Shown here: positions 18,317-28,720 of the stretch, piece by piece
Layout of the letters: every line of letters begins with the position of its first letter
Numbering within the stretch: the first letter of the stretch is position 1
DNA from: Candidatus Saccharimonadales bacterium
GTDB taxonomy: Bacteria > Patescibacteriota > Saccharimonadia > Saccharimonadales > JBBQAJ01
Direction of reading: 5' to 3'
Assembly: GCA_038316195.1 (NCBI GenBank)
Contig: JBBQAJ010000001.1
Coordinates: forward strand, 27,680 to 91,679
Length of the DNA stretch: 64,000 bases
The notes under the pieces: model-generated
Told to the model about the DNA's origin: nothing
Seen by the model: the letters and a program-made list of their open reading frames with translations, nothing else
Database searches by the model: none
Program-made: the position numbers and the translations under genes

Positions 18317-19653
18317 TCTTTTGCGAGAAATGTGTTAAGAGCAGAACGGACATCTTTGACACCGGCATACTTAGTTGATTGTTTGTCTTTTTGGATCGGG
18401 CCTATAGCTACATCAAAACCTAGTTTTTTAGCTTCGGCAAGTCGTTTGTCTATATACGGTACATGCCTCACTTCTCCTGACAATCCAACTTCTCCAAATA
18501 CTACTGCATTTTGCTTAAGTTGCATGCCCTTAGATGCCGTTGCAATAGCCATACATATTGCCAAATCAGCGGCTGGTTCTGTAAGTTTAATACCGCCAAC
18601 AATGTTAATGTAAATATCTTGCTCAGCTAGATTGAGTTTCGTGCGTTTTTCGAGCATGGCTACAAGCAGATTAACTCTATTTAAGTCTATCCCACTTGCA
18701 GTTCTTTTGGGGTAACCATAAGTCGTTCGGTTCACAAGTGCTTGAACTTCCACCAAAAGTGGTCGTGTGCCTTCCATGGTAGCAAGTACTATTGAACCAT
18801 CACTTGCTTGTCTTTCTGCCAATAACGCAGCGGACGGATTGTCGACTGGCCTTAGTCCATTGTCAACCATTTCGAATATACCTGCTTCGTTGGTCGAACC
18901 ATAACGATTTTTTACAGCACGTAAGATTTTAAATCCACCATATCTGTCGCCTTCTAATTGTAAAACTACGTCCACAACATGTTCCAGCACTTTTGGCCCA
19001 GCAATGGATCCTTCTTTTGTTACGTGACCTACCAAAATCACTGCAGTGTCTGACTTTTTAGCTGCAAGTGTGATAAGTGCTGTACTGTTGGTTATTTGGC
19101 TTACGTTGCCTGCTGCTGATGCAATTGATTCGCTTGATAAGGTCTGAATTGAATCTACTATTACTAAATCAAATTTTTCTTCATTTATGGTTTTTGCAAT
19201 ATCGTCAGCACTTGTACTCGTTGCTAAAAGTAAGTTCTTTGTTCCGGCTCCTAGTCTATCTGCTCTTAGGCCAATCTGATGTGCAGATTCTTCGCCACTT
19301 ATATATAAAACTTTATAATTTTTTGATAAATCGTGAGCAACTTGCAATAGAAGTGTGCTTTTGCCAATCCCTGGTTGACCGGCAATCAAATTAATACTTC
19401 CCGCTACTATACCACCACCAAACACCGAGTCAATTTCGTTTATACCGGTTTTGAGTCGTTTGCTATCTTTAGAAATAGAGCTTGTAACCGTTTGAGTTGA
19501 AAGAGACTTTCCATTTCTAGCTACTTGGCTACCACTTGATAAATCTTCTTGTAAAGTATTCCATTCACCACATCCATAACATCTACCACTCCAAGTAGGA
19601 CTAGTGGCACCACAACTACTGCATATAAATTTGGGTGCTAATTTCTTTGCCAT
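18313..19653 (-). CDS. radA: DNA repair protein RadA/Sms
   Basis: CxxC...CxxC zinc finger, GQPGIGKST, KNRYG, Lon-like C-terminus. Confidence 0.97.
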   Translation of the reverse strand: MAKKLAPKFICSSCGATSPTWSGRCYGCGEWNTLQEDLSSGSQVARNGKSLSTQTVTSSISKDSKRLKTGINEIDSVFGGGIVAGSINLIAGQPGIGKSTLLLQVAHDLSKNYKVLYISGEESAHQIGLRADRLGAGTKNLLLATSTSADDIAKTINEEKFDLVIVDSIQTLSSESIASAAGNVSQITNSTALITLAAKKSDTAVILVGHVTKEGSIAGPKVLEHVVDVVLQLEGDRYGGFKILRAVKNRYGSTNEAGIFEMVDNGLRPVDNPSAALLAERQASDGSIVLATMEGTRPLLVEVQALVNRTTYGYPKRTASGIDLNRVNLLVAMLEKRTKLNLAEQDIYINIVGGIKLTEPAADLAICMAIATASKGMQLKQNAVVFGEVGLSGEVRHVPYIDKRLAEAKKLGFDVAIGPIQKDKQSTKYAGVKDVRSALNTFLAKD

Positions 19654-19673
19654 TATGTATCAAGTTTACCAGA

Positions 19674-20645
19674 CTACTGCGTCGGCAATGTATCTGGCCT
19701 ACTATCTATTGCCTTTATAAGTTCTGTTTCTTCGGACACTATGGCATTTCGTTTTACTACAAGCTTATTATACTGCTCAATTAGACTTCTTACTTCTCTT
19801 ACCTGGTTGTTGAATGTACTAATTCTCGAATTATATTTCGGTACAGCTTGATTGTAATTTTCGTAATCTTTTGCTTCCAAAAGACCGTCTAATCGTGCTC
19901 TTTCTGATTGAAGTGACGAGCTCATAGATTCTATTCCATTTTCTTTGTTATCGATTTGATTTTTAAGATTATTTAAAGATGCATCATACTGCAGTACCAG
20001 TTGTTTGCGATTAGTAAACTCCTGCTCATATTTTTCTGAAAACTCAACTATTTTTATTCTATTTGTAAAATATTTAGCGTAGTAGGCTTCTAGCTCTGGT
20101 GGTAGGTCACGCACTTCAGTGCCAATTATTGAATGAAGTTCATTTGCAACATCTGCACCATTTTTTTGATAATCAGATACTGCTTCATTTATTCGTGGAT
20201 TATTTGTAGATTTATATACTTTTTGAGTCAAGATATCGATACGAGATTTTTCGTCTGCATTCAGCCTGTCATATGCAGCGTGAAGTGTCTCATGCGCTGC
20301 CGTAACTTGTATTATCCCATTTAATCTTGCATCGGTAATTTTATATAGAAATATGCCTTGTCCTGACACATAACAGCCAAGGACAATAGTTTTTTCTCCT
20401 GTTTTACAATTGTTATTAAAATTACTCTTGTCCTCTAGCGATGGGTAATAAACATAAAATAGACGTCGGGTTTGCTGATTTAGAGTTGTGTCCGTGGCTA
20501 ATTGGACTACTTCAGTGGGTGGCTTATAGTTTCTAAGTCGCAAAGAATCATATATATACCACCTCTGTGTCCAAGCGATAAATGGCAAAACAAGTAAGGC
20601 TAAGACAAATAATGTCCCAGATGCGCGCTTTATAATTACTTTCAT
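19674..20645 (-). CDS. Membrane-anchored putative zinc metallopeptidase with C-terminal coiled coil
   Basis: N-terminal TM, AHETLHAAY (HEXXH), downstream NELHS, heptad-rich C-terminus; start 20645 lies 7 nt after TAGAAT. Confidence 0.65.
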   Translation of the reverse strand: MKVIIKRASGTLFVLALLVLPFIAWTQRWYIYDSLRLRNYKPPTEVVQLATDTTLNQQTRRLFYVYYPSLEDKSNFNNNCKTGEKTIVLGCYVSGQGIFLYKITDARLNGIIQVTAAHETLHAAYDRLNADEKSRIDILTQKVYKSTNNPRINEAVSDYQKNGADVANELHSIIGTEVRDLPPELEAYYAKYFTNRIKIVEFSEKYEQEFTNRKQLVLQYDASLNNLKNQIDNKENGIESMSSSLQSERARLDGLLEAKDYENYNQAVPKYNSRISTFNNQVREVRSLIEQYNKLVVKRNAIVSEETELIKAIDSRPDTLPTQ

Positions 20646-20751
20646 TAATTTAATTCTACCATTTCGCATATCCCATCTATAAAGAACTGATCTTCATATT
20701 TTCGTTCTTTGTGTTAGATCGAACTTTTTCAAGGGGTATTTTTGCTTGCAG

Positions 20752-23232
20752 CTATTCACTTATGGTGCTGTATTGAAGATCTGAATTTTTGGACGAGATT
20801 TTGACAATGTTACCTTTTTGATACTTATTGTCTAAAAGCTCGGATGCAATATGATCTTCGAGTGTATCCTGAAGTAGCCTCCTCATTGGCCGTACACCAT
20901 TCTTAGAATCGTAACCACTTTTTAGTAAATATTCTTTAGCGCTTGAGGTCAATTGTATGCCAATTCCATGTTTTACAAGTCTTTGTCGGAGCTCGTTTAT
21001 TTGTAAATCAAGTATGCTCATAATATCCTTTTTAGTAAGTGCTCTAAAAACAATTGTTTTGTCGATTCTATTTAGCAGTTCAGGGCGCATCATTTTTTTC
21101 AAAGCATCATGAACTTTTTCTTTATTCGCTTTATGTAAATTATCTAAATCATCTATGTCTGCACCCGTATCAATCTGAAATCCTAGAGCAGCTTCTCTCT
21201 GAAGTCTTTCAGCCCCAATATTACTTGTCATGATGATTATAGTGTTACTAAAATCAATTTTTCGCCCTTTAGCATCCGTGAGTACACCATCTTCTAAAAC
21301 CTGAAGTAACATATTGAATACGTCTGGGTGAGCTTTTTCAATTTCGTCAAACAACACTAAACTGTATGGTTGTCTTCGAATTTTATCAGTCAATTGCCCA
21401 CCATCATCATATCCAACGTATCCGGCTGGAGCACCAACTAGACGGGAAACATTGTGATGTTCGTTAAATTCACTCATGTCGATTTTTATCATTGCATCTT
21501 CTGACCCAAAAAATTCTCGTGCCAGTACTCGAGCTAGTTCCGTTTTACCTACTCCCGTAGGACCTAAGAAAATAAATGAGCCTATTGGCCTACCTTCTGC
21601 ACCGACCCCTGAACGGTTTCTACGTATTGCTTTTGACACTGCCGTAACAGCTTCGCCTTGACCTATTACAAACTTACTTAAATTCTTTTCTAAATTCAAT
21701 AAATATCTCGCTTCTGATCGAATAACTTTGCTCACTGGAACTCCGGTCATTCGAGCAACTACATCCGCTACGTCTTCACTTGTCATGGTTAATCGTTTTA
21801 CCGATTTACCATTGGCTTCTAGTTTTTTTAAATTTTCTGAAATTTGACTTGCACGTTGTTTGAATTTAGCAGCTTTCTCATAATCTTCATTTTCAGCAGC
21901 AATTTCTCGTCGTGAATTAACAAGTTTTAATTCTTTTTGAAGTTTTCTCACTTCTGGAGGTGTCACTCCTTTGTCGATACGCAAATGAGCAGCCGTTTCA
22001 TCAAGTAAGTCAATTGCCTTATCGGGCATAAATCTGTCATTTATGTATCTTTTTGCTAGAGTAACAGTATCTTCTAGTACTTCGTCGCTTACTTTGACAC
22101 CGTGAAAAGCTTCATAGTGTTTGCGTAAGCCTTTTAAAATTGCATATGTTTCAGGAACTGTCGTTTCCGGAACATTTATCGGCTGGAAGCGTCTCTCAAG
22201 GGCTGAGTCTTTTTCAATATGTTTTGTATACTCCATGGTTGTGGTCGCACCGATGAGCTGAATTTTGCCTCTTGCCAGAGCAGGTTTTAGTATGTTCCCA
22301 GCATCCATGGCACCTTCAGCTGCTCCAGCGCCCACAATTAAATGTAATTCATCAATGAAAACAATAGCTTTTTTGTCTTGCTCTAATTCTGCCATAACTT
22401 TCTTAAGTCTTTCTTCAAACTCACCACGATATTTCGTGCCAGCGATCATTCCTGCAAGATCAAGCATAATGATTCTTTTATCTAGCAAACTATCTGGAAC
22501 TTCTTCGCTAATTATTCGTTGAGCTAGCCCTTCGACAATAGCTGTTTTGCCTACGCCAGGTTCACCAATTAATACTGGGTTGTTTTTAGTACGACGATTT
22601 AGTATTGTAACTACTCTTTTTATCTGTGGCTCTCTTCCTACAACAGGATCCAGCTTGCCTTGTTTTGCCATATTTGTAAGGTCAGTTCCGAAGAAGTCTA
22701 AAGCCGTTTTTCGCTGTTTTTTAACTCTTTTTCTATCGCCAGAAACCGTCTCACTGTTATCTTCATATTGTTGACGATTTAGGAATTGTTCAAGCTCATT
22801 GTTTAGGTTTTCTACATCAACGTTCATGTCTGATAATAGTTTGGTAGCTCTGGCGTTTTTTTGACTTAATATACTGTATAAAATGTGCTCTGTACCAGTA
22901 AACTCTTGACTAAATTCTCCCGCGACGTCTTGAGCCATTTTTAATGTTAGTTTGGCGGTTTCACTTAATCCTTTTCCTCCGAGATTAATTACGAGAGTTT
23001 TTGGGGTGAGGTTTAAGACTAGACGGGCTCGGTCCAAGGTTACTCCTGCATCGGAGAGTATTTTTGCACCCATACTGCTATCTTGAGCTAAAACACCAAG
23101 CAGTAAGTGTTCCGTGCCCACATACGCGGCTCCAAAACTACGTGCAATCGCATCAGCATGTTTTAAACTACTCAAAGCATTGTCTGTTAGATGATTTAAA
23201 AATTCTTGAAAATCTGGTGATTGTGGCATCAT
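20752..23232 (-). CDS. clpC: ATP-dependent Clp protease ATP-binding subunit ClpC
   Basis: Clp-N repeats (GTEHLLL), GEPGVGKT and GPTGVGKT Walker A motifs, short UVR middle domain. Confidence 0.95.
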   Translation of the reverse strand: MMPQSPDFQEFLNHLTDNALSSLKHADAIARSFGAAYVGTEHLLLGVLAQDSSMGAKILSDAGVTLDRARLVLNLTPKTLVINLGGKGLSETAKLTLKMAQDVAGEFSQEFTGTEHILYSILSQKNARATKLLSDMNVDVENLNNELEQFLNRQQYEDNSETVSGDRKRVKKQRKTALDFFGTDLTNMAKQGKLDPVVGREPQIKRVVTILNRRTKNNPVLIGEPGVGKTAIVEGLAQRIISEEVPDSLLDKRIIMLDLAGMIAGTKYRGEFEERLKKVMAELEQDKKAIVFIDELHLIVGAGAAEGAMDAGNILKPALARGKIQLIGATTTMEYTKHIEKDSALERRFQPINVPETTVPETYAILKGLRKHYEAFHGVKVSDEVLEDTVTLAKRYINDRFMPDKAIDLLDETAAHLRIDKGVTPPEVRKLQKELKLVNSRREIAAENEDYEKAAKFKQRASQISENLKKLEANGKSVKRLTMTSEDVADVVARMTGVPVSKVIRSEARYLLNLEKNLSKFVIGQGEAVTAVSKAIRRNRSGVGAEGRPIGSFIFLGPTGVGKTELARVLAREFFGSEDAMIKIDMSEFNEHHNVSRLVGAPAGYVGYDDGGQLTDKIRRQPYSLVLFDEIEKAHPDVFNMLLQVLEDGVLTDAKGRKIDFSNTIIIMTSNIGAERLQREAALGFQIDTGADIDDLDNLHKANKEKVHDALKKMMRPELLNRIDKTIVFRALTKKDIMSILDLQINELRQRLVKHGIGIQLTSSAKEYLLKSGYDSKNGVRPMRRLLQDTLEDHIASELLDNKYQKGNIVKISSKNSDLQYSTISE

Positions 23233-23295
23233 ATTTGTTTACCCATCCTTTTTGAGCGACCTTTTTAAAATTATCGCTCAAATGTATTATACCAA

Positions 23296-23322
23296 TTAGC
23301 ACTCCCCAGTCAAGAGTGCTAA
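23296..23322. promoter_or_regulatory. CIRCE element (HrcA operator) overlapping the clpC promoter
   Basis: Exact TTAGCACTC-cccagtcaa-GAGTGCTAA; minus-strand TTGACT...TGgTATAAT promoter overlaps it. Confidence 0.93.
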
Positions 23323-23361
23323 TTTAATAAAATTTTCAGTAATTTTGGATTGCCGAGTTTG

Positions 23362-24528
23362 TTATTTATTTTCTGTACCATGTTCTTCTATGGCTTCAAG
23401 CAAGGAGCTCTCTAATTGTTCTTTTTTCTTTAGTTTTTGAACAACTGGCTTTGATGATTCTTCTTTTGCTATTGGTTCAGGCTGTGTGTCTTGTTCGGCA
23501 TTAATATCAAGTTCATAGCCGGTGAGCTTACTAGCAAGTCTAACGTTTTGACCACTTTTACCAATCGCAATACTCAACTGGTCTTCTGGCACAATAACTT
23601 TCCCTTTTTTAGCTGCTTCATCTAATACGACTTTAGTAACCTTGGTGGGACTTAAAGCATTTGTAATGTATGTGGCTGGATCGTCATTAAATACAACTAT
23701 ATCGATTTTTTCTTGTTCCCCAACTTCACTCATAACAGCATTCACTCGCGTACCGTGGCCTCCTACAAACGTTCCAACTGGATCAACTCCAGGTACGCTA
23801 CTTGCAACTGCAATTTTACTTCGCACACCAGCTTCTCGCGCAATATTTTTTATTTCTACTGCCCCACTTTCCATTTCAGGAACTTCACCACGAAATAGCC
23901 ATTCAATAAACTGATTATTACCTCGTGAAACTACAAGCTGAGGACCACGAAAGCCACGTTCTACATCTTTTAAAAATACCTTCAGTCGCTGACCTGGGTA
24001 GTATCGCTCTCCTTGAATTTGTTCGCTTCTAGGCATAATACCTTGGGCTTTACCGAGCTCTACGCGAACAATATTACCCTCTACACGTCCTACTATCCCA
24101 TTCACAACGGTACCTATCTTGTCTTCATATTCGACCATGATAATTTCTCGTTCGGCTTCACGTAGTCGCTGTAAAATTACCTGTTTGGCAGTTTGGGCTG
24201 CAACCCGTCCAAATGATTCAATTTTTTGGTATATTTCTATCATATCGCCAATTTTGGCATTTTTCTTCATCACTTGTGCATCTGTCAAGCTTATTTCAAA
24301 GTTATCATCGCCAACCAGTTTAACAACTTCTTTTGTGATATATGCATCGACGTCTCCGTTATTAAGGTTCATGGAAACTCGAACCTCCTGTTCTCTTTCT
24401 CCATAATCACGACGATATGCAGCAGCCAAAGCTTGTTCGACTATTTCCTGTACTAAATCTTCCGGCAGATTTTTTTCTTCTGAAATCGTTTTTACCGCTA
24501 GTGCTAATCCTTTTAAATCTAAATCCAT
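23362..24528 (-). CDS. nusA: Transcription factor NusA
   Basis: FGRVAAQTAKQVI, S1 and KH domains, AREAGVRSKIAV, LSIAIGKSGQNVRLA. Confidence 0.97.
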   Translation of the reverse strand: MDLDLKGLALAVKTISEEKNLPEDLVQEIVEQALAAAYRRDYGEREQEVRVSMNLNNGDVDAYITKEVVKLVGDDNFEISLTDAQVMKKNAKIGDMIEIYQKIESFGRVAAQTAKQVILQRLREAEREIIMVEYEDKIGTVVNGIVGRVEGNIVRVELGKAQGIMPRSEQIQGERYYPGQRLKVFLKDVERGFRGPQLVVSRGNNQFIEWLFRGEVPEMESGAVEIKNIAREAGVRSKIAVASSVPGVDPVGTFVGGHGTRVNAVMSEVGEQEKIDIVVFNDDPATYITNALSPTKVTKVVLDEAAKKGKVIVPEDQLSIAIGKSGQNVRLASKLTGYELDINAEQDTQPEPIAKEESSKPVVQKLKKKEQLESSLLEAIEEHGTENK

Positions 24529-24594
24529 TGTTTTCTCCTTTTTAGTTGTTTTCAGTTTATCTTTAATTTACAAAAAATTTGTTCTAAACTTATG

Positions 24595-24620
24595 AAAAAA
24601 TCCGACCTTTTGGCCGGATT
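24595..24620 (-). terminator. Intrinsic terminator in the nusA 5' leader
   Basis: Minus strand aatccggcc-aaaa-ggtcggatt-tttt, between the promoter and the nusA start. Confidence 0.7.
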
Positions 24621-24631
24621 GAACAGTTACA

Positions 24632-24660
24632 ATTATAGCCACGTAATTACATGTTGTCAA
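24632..24660 (-). promoter_or_regulatory. Consensus sigma70 promoter for nusA
   Basis: TTGACA-17 nt-TATAAT exact consensus on the minus strand. Confidence 0.85.
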
Positions 24661-24704
24661 TCACACTGCATAATGACAAGACTCTGTCTGTTAATATATA
24701 CAGT

Positions 24705-27314
24705 ATGACAAAAGAAGTGAAAAGGTTGTATAAAAATTTCCGACCACACAAATATGTTCTGGATATTATAGTTGATAAAGACAGTATGAAATTTAGTGGG
24801 ACGGTTATTATTGTAGGAAACAATACCGGACGTCCAAGTTGCAGACTTACTTTCCATCAGAACGGAATAAAAATTACCAAAGCTCATGTAACTAAACATG
24901 ACAAACTTGGTGATCACGAAATCATAATAGACAGAATAAACCACCATCGAAATTTTGACGAGGTACGCCTTCATGCATCAAAAATATTATACGGTGGTCA
25001 ATATACTGTTCGGATGGAATTTTCCGGCAAAATCACACGACATATGAATGGGATTTATCCATGTTTCTTTGAAAAAGATGGACATGAAAAAAAGCTAATT
25101 GCTACTCAATTCGAAAGTCATCATGCTAGAGAAGTATTTCCGTGCATTGATGAACCAGAAGCAAAGGCAGTGTTCGAGCTTTCATTAACTAGTCCTGCGG
25201 GTGAAATAGTTCTATCAAATACTCCAATTAGCAGTCAAAAAACAGTTGGGACCAACTTTGTTACAAAATTTCATCCGACACCTCATATGTCAACGTATCT
25301 TTTAGCTTTTGTGATTGGTGAATTGAGCTATAAACAAGCAAAAACAAAGGATGGGGTAATTGTAAGAACTTATGCTACTAATGACAATTTAGATCTAACT
25401 GATTTTGCTTTAGAAATTGCAGTTAAATGTCTTGATTTTTATAATGATTACTTTGGAATAGATTATCCACTTGAAAAATGCGATTTAATCGCTTTGCCTG
25501 ATTTTGCAAGTGGCGCGATGGAGAACTGGGGCTGCATAACATTTCGCGAACATGCAATGTTAGTTGATCCAAAAAATTCTACACTTGCAACTAAACAATA
25601 CGTTGCATTAGTTGTGGCACATGAACTAACTCACCAGTGGTTCGGCAATTTAGTTACTATGCGTTGGTGGACCGACCTTTGGTTAAATGAGGGGTTTGCA
25701 AGCTGGATGGAATATTTAGCTATCGATTTTATATATCCTGATTGGGAACTCTGGACACAATTTGCAGTAGACGAACAGCAACAGGCTATGAAGTTAGACG
25801 CACTTGAACATACTCACCCAGTAGAGGTACAAGTTAAACATCCAGACGAAATTCGATCAATTTTTGACGCCATAAGTTATAGCAAAGGCGCCAGTGTAAT
25901 ACATATGTTGCATGATTATTTAGGTCCTAAAGTTTTTCGAGACGGTTTACGACATTATTTACAAACTTACAAATATAAAAATACTGACACAATAGATTTA
26001 TGGAATAGCTTAGAAGAGATTTCTGGAAAGCCCGTAAAAGATTTTATGCACGCCTGGACAAGTCAGCCTGGCTTTCCAATTCTGAAAGTTGACGTAGATG
26101 AAAAGATTATTAAAATTGAACAATCCAGATTTTATGCAAATCCTTTGAATAAAAAATTCAATGCGTCACTATGGCCCGTGCCCCTTCTTACTAATAAAGA
26201 GGATGATAATTCGCTTACTGAAGTATCGACAAATTTAGATATAAAAAACAACCAGGAACTCAAGCTAAATCATGGACAAAGTGGATTTTATCGGGTTACC
26301 TATAATGCAACTCATATACAACGATTGGGTGAGCTTATAAAAAAAGGTCACTTGAATCCACTTGATAGACTTGGCATTCTAACAGATCAATTTGAAACAG
26401 CCAAAGCCGGAAAATCCAATACCTCAGAGGCACTAAACTTTTTGCAAAACTTTGTACACGAAAACAACTACGCAGTTTGGGATACAATTGCAAGCATAAT
26501 AGGCAATATTAAACTTGTAATGGGTGACGATGAATTAAGAGATGATATGAAACCGTTTATTCGAAATCTAGTAACGCCAGAATTGAATAGACTAGGTTGG
26601 GAAAGAAAAAGTTCTGATAGTCATTTTGACTTACTGTTGCGTCCAATAATTTTAGGGCTTGCAGCAAGCGCAGATGATCCTACTGTAGTTGAGCGATGCA
26701 AAGAGCTTTTTGAAAGTATAGAATCCGTCAATGAACTTGCATCCGATCTGCGAGCAACTGCAAGTTCTAGTAAAATTAAACGAAGCATGGATATTGATCC
26801 TGATCTACGAGGGACTGTGTTTGGAACTGTAGCTAGATTAGGTGGAGCAAAGGAGTTTGACAAACTACTCAACTTACATAATGAATCTACTCTTAGTGAA
26901 GAGCGAACTTCTATTGCCGCAGCCTTGACGGGTTTTAGGCAAATAAATATTGCAAAAAGGGCCTTGAATTTGATTGACTCAAAAACAGTTCGTATGCAAG
27001 ACGTTTCATACTGGATTGCTTATTCGTTTATGAACCGTTTCGCCAGAAACTCAACTTGGGACTGGCTTCAATCAAAATGGGATTGGCTAGACGAAAACCT
27101 TGGTTCGGATTTAGCTTTCTATAGAATGCCTATTTATACAGCTAGAGTTTTTAGCGACAAAGAATTTATCCCAAAATATAGAAAATTTTATTCTTCTAAA
27201 TTATCTCCTGCATTACTCCGTTCATATAATCAAGGATTGGAGATATTAGAAATAAATACCGAATGGAAGCTCAGAGACGCAAAAGAAGTAAGGGCATTCT
27301 TCAAACAAAAATAA
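24705..27314 (+). CDS. pepN: M1 family aminopeptidase N
   Basis: GAMENWG, HELTH...WLNEGFA, YSKG, ERAP1-like C-terminus. Confidence 0.93.
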   Translation: MTKEVKRLYKNFRPHKYVLDIIVDKDSMKFSGTVIIVGNNTGRPSCRLTFHQNGIKITKAHVTKHDKLGDHEIIIDRINHHRNFDEVRLHASKILYGGQYTVRMEFSGKITRHMNGIYPCFFEKDGHEKKLIATQFESHHAREVFPCIDEPEAKAVFELSLTSPAGEIVLSNTPISSQKTVGTNFVTKFHPTPHMSTYLLAFVIGELSYKQAKTKDGVIVRTYATNDNLDLTDFALEIAVKCLDFYNDYFGIDYPLEKCDLIALPDFASGAMENWGCITFREHAMLVDPKNSTLATKQYVALVVAHELTHQWFGNLVTMRWWTDLWLNEGFASWMEYLAIDFIYPDWELWTQFAVDEQQQAMKLDALEHTHPVEVQVKHPDEIRSIFDAISYSKGASVIHMLHDYLGPKVFRDGLRHYLQTYKYKNTDTIDLWNSLEEISGKPVKDFMHAWTSQPGFPILKVDVDEKIIKIEQSRFYANPLNKKFNASLWPVPLLTNKEDDNSLTEVSTNLDIKNNQELKLNHGQSGFYRVTYNATHIQRLGELIKKGHLNPLDRLGILTDQFETAKAGKSNTSEALNFLQNFVHENNYAVWDTIASIIGNIKLVMGDDELRDDMKPFIRNLVTPELNRLGWERKSSDSHFDLLLRPIILGLAASADDPTVVERCKELFESIESVNELASDLRATASSSKIKRSMDIDPDLRGTVFGTVARLGGAKEFDKLLNLHNESTLSEERTSIAAALTGFRQINIAKRALNLIDSKTVRMQDVSYWIAYSFMNRFARNSTWDWLQSKWDWLDENLGSDLAFYRMPIYTARVFSDKEFIPKYRKFYSSKLSPALLRSYNQGLEILEINTEWKLRDAKEVRAFFKQK

Positions 27315-27475
27315 AAAGTTTATTATTCTGTGTCCTGAAGTGTAAATTTGCATTAAAGCGTGCTTACTTGTCGTATATGACTTATTGTCGATATATGCAT
27401 CGTTAAAAGTGTACCTTGCCATAATAAGAAAGCATCTATAGCCTTTAGGTTTCTATAAGCCATGGCTGTATAATT

Positions 27476-28036
27476 TTAATTCATATAAGCTTTTACGGGT
27501 TTATAGCTTTTTCTATGAATATTACTCACTCCATGAATTCTGAGAGCAGCTTGATGTAATGGGGTTCCATAACCGACATGTTTTTCAAATCCATAAAATG
27601 GATGGAATTTTGCAATACGTTTCATGTGAGCATCTCGAGTAACTTTTGCGTATATACTTGCCGCACTAACAATTGGATTCGATTTATCTGCTTTTGGCAC
27701 TACGTCAACATTCGTAAACTCAATTGGACAATAATTAACAATCCCATCTAAAATAATATGCTCGTCAAGCATAGCCCCAAGTTCCATAAGTGCTCTACTT
27801 ACACCCAAATACATTGCTTTAGATAATCCAAATTCATCAATTTCATGTGGCTGCACCCAACCTTCGCCCAAACTACATGTATCTACAATTTTATCGTACA
27901 AATATTCACGCTGTAATTTAGTTAAAGCTTTAGAATCATTTAGCCCCACAGGAAGAGTCCTATTTTCACGTGCAGCAACTACTAAAAGTGGACCAGCCCA
28001 ACTTCCTCTACCAACCTCATCTATCCCAACAAGCAT
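27476..28036 (-). CDS. rnhB: Ribonuclease HII
   Basis: GIDEVGRG, DSKAL, AASIYAKVTRD, GYGT. Confidence 0.95.
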   Translation of the reverse strand: MLVGIDEVGRGSWAGPLLVVAARENRTLPVGLNDSKALTKLQREYLYDKIVDTCSLGEGWVQPHEIDEFGLSKAMYLGVSRALMELGAMLDEHIILDGIVNYCPIEFTNVDVVPKADKSNPIVSAASIYAKVTRDAHMKRIAKFHPFYGFEKHVGYGTPLHQAALRIHGVSNIHRKSYKPVKAYMN

Positions 28037-28104
28037 CCCCATATTATAATAATAACAAAAAACCACACTAATAGAATCGTCTAAATTATAATAAGGTAGT
28101 TAAA

Positions 28105-28644
28105 TTATTCAGTTAATGACGATTCGGCTGCTGAATCGTGTGCTTTTAGGGCTTCTTCGATTTTTGCTTCTGCAACTGAATCTACTTTGGCTTTTTGTTC
28201 TGCCTCTTCTGCATGTTGCTTTGTCAATAAATCTTTGGCTGCAGCTTCTGCTTTTTCAGCTTCGTCATCTACCACAGTATTTACCGAGTCTTTATCAAAA
28301 CTCATTCCGGTTAGTCGTGCTGATTTGCCTGTTCGCTTTCGCATATATGTCAAGTAGTTACGACGGACCTTACTTCGTTTAGTGACTTCAACTTTTACAA
28401 CCAATGGGCTATGTAACATAAATGATTTTTCAACCCCAACTCCACTTGAAATGCGACGTACAGTAATTCGACTTGTGTGGCTTCCTTTACGGTCAGTGCG
28501 GATTACGAGTCCCTGAAAAATCTGTATACGCTCTTTGTTACCTTCGCGAATTTTTTGATGTACTTTTACTGTATCACCAGAACGCACGTCAACAACTTGC
28601 GTTTTTTTGTACTTTGCATTGATTTTTTGAATTACTGACTCCAT
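28105..28644 (-). CDS. rplS: 50S ribosomal protein L19 with acidic C-terminal extension
   Basis: GDTVKVHQKIREGNKERIQIFQG...GVGVEKSF...KVRR. Confidence 0.96.
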   Translation of the reverse strand: MESVIQKINAKYKKTQVVDVRSGDTVKVHQKIREGNKERIQIFQGLVIRTDRKGSHTSRITVRRISSGVGVEKSFMLHSPLVVKVEVTKRSKVRRNYLTYMRKRTGKSARLTGMSFDKDSVNTVVDDEAEKAEAAAKDLLTKQHAEEAEQKAKVDSVAEAKIEEALKAHDSAAESSLTE

Positions 28645-28720
28645 GACCAAATTAGATTACACTAATCTGTTAATTATTGCAATACTTTCAGACCGTGCAG
28701 CAATGACGTATCATAGTAAA

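Noticed and set aside
27315-27475. 36-aa minus-strand ORF between pepN and rnhB
   Set aside because: No motif or supporting signal; it lies in a convergent 3' gap.
28643-28720. Apparent head-to-head overlap of rplS and malic enzyme
   Set aside because: Artifact of longest-ORF starts; starts at 28644 and 28721 leave a normal divergent promoter gap.
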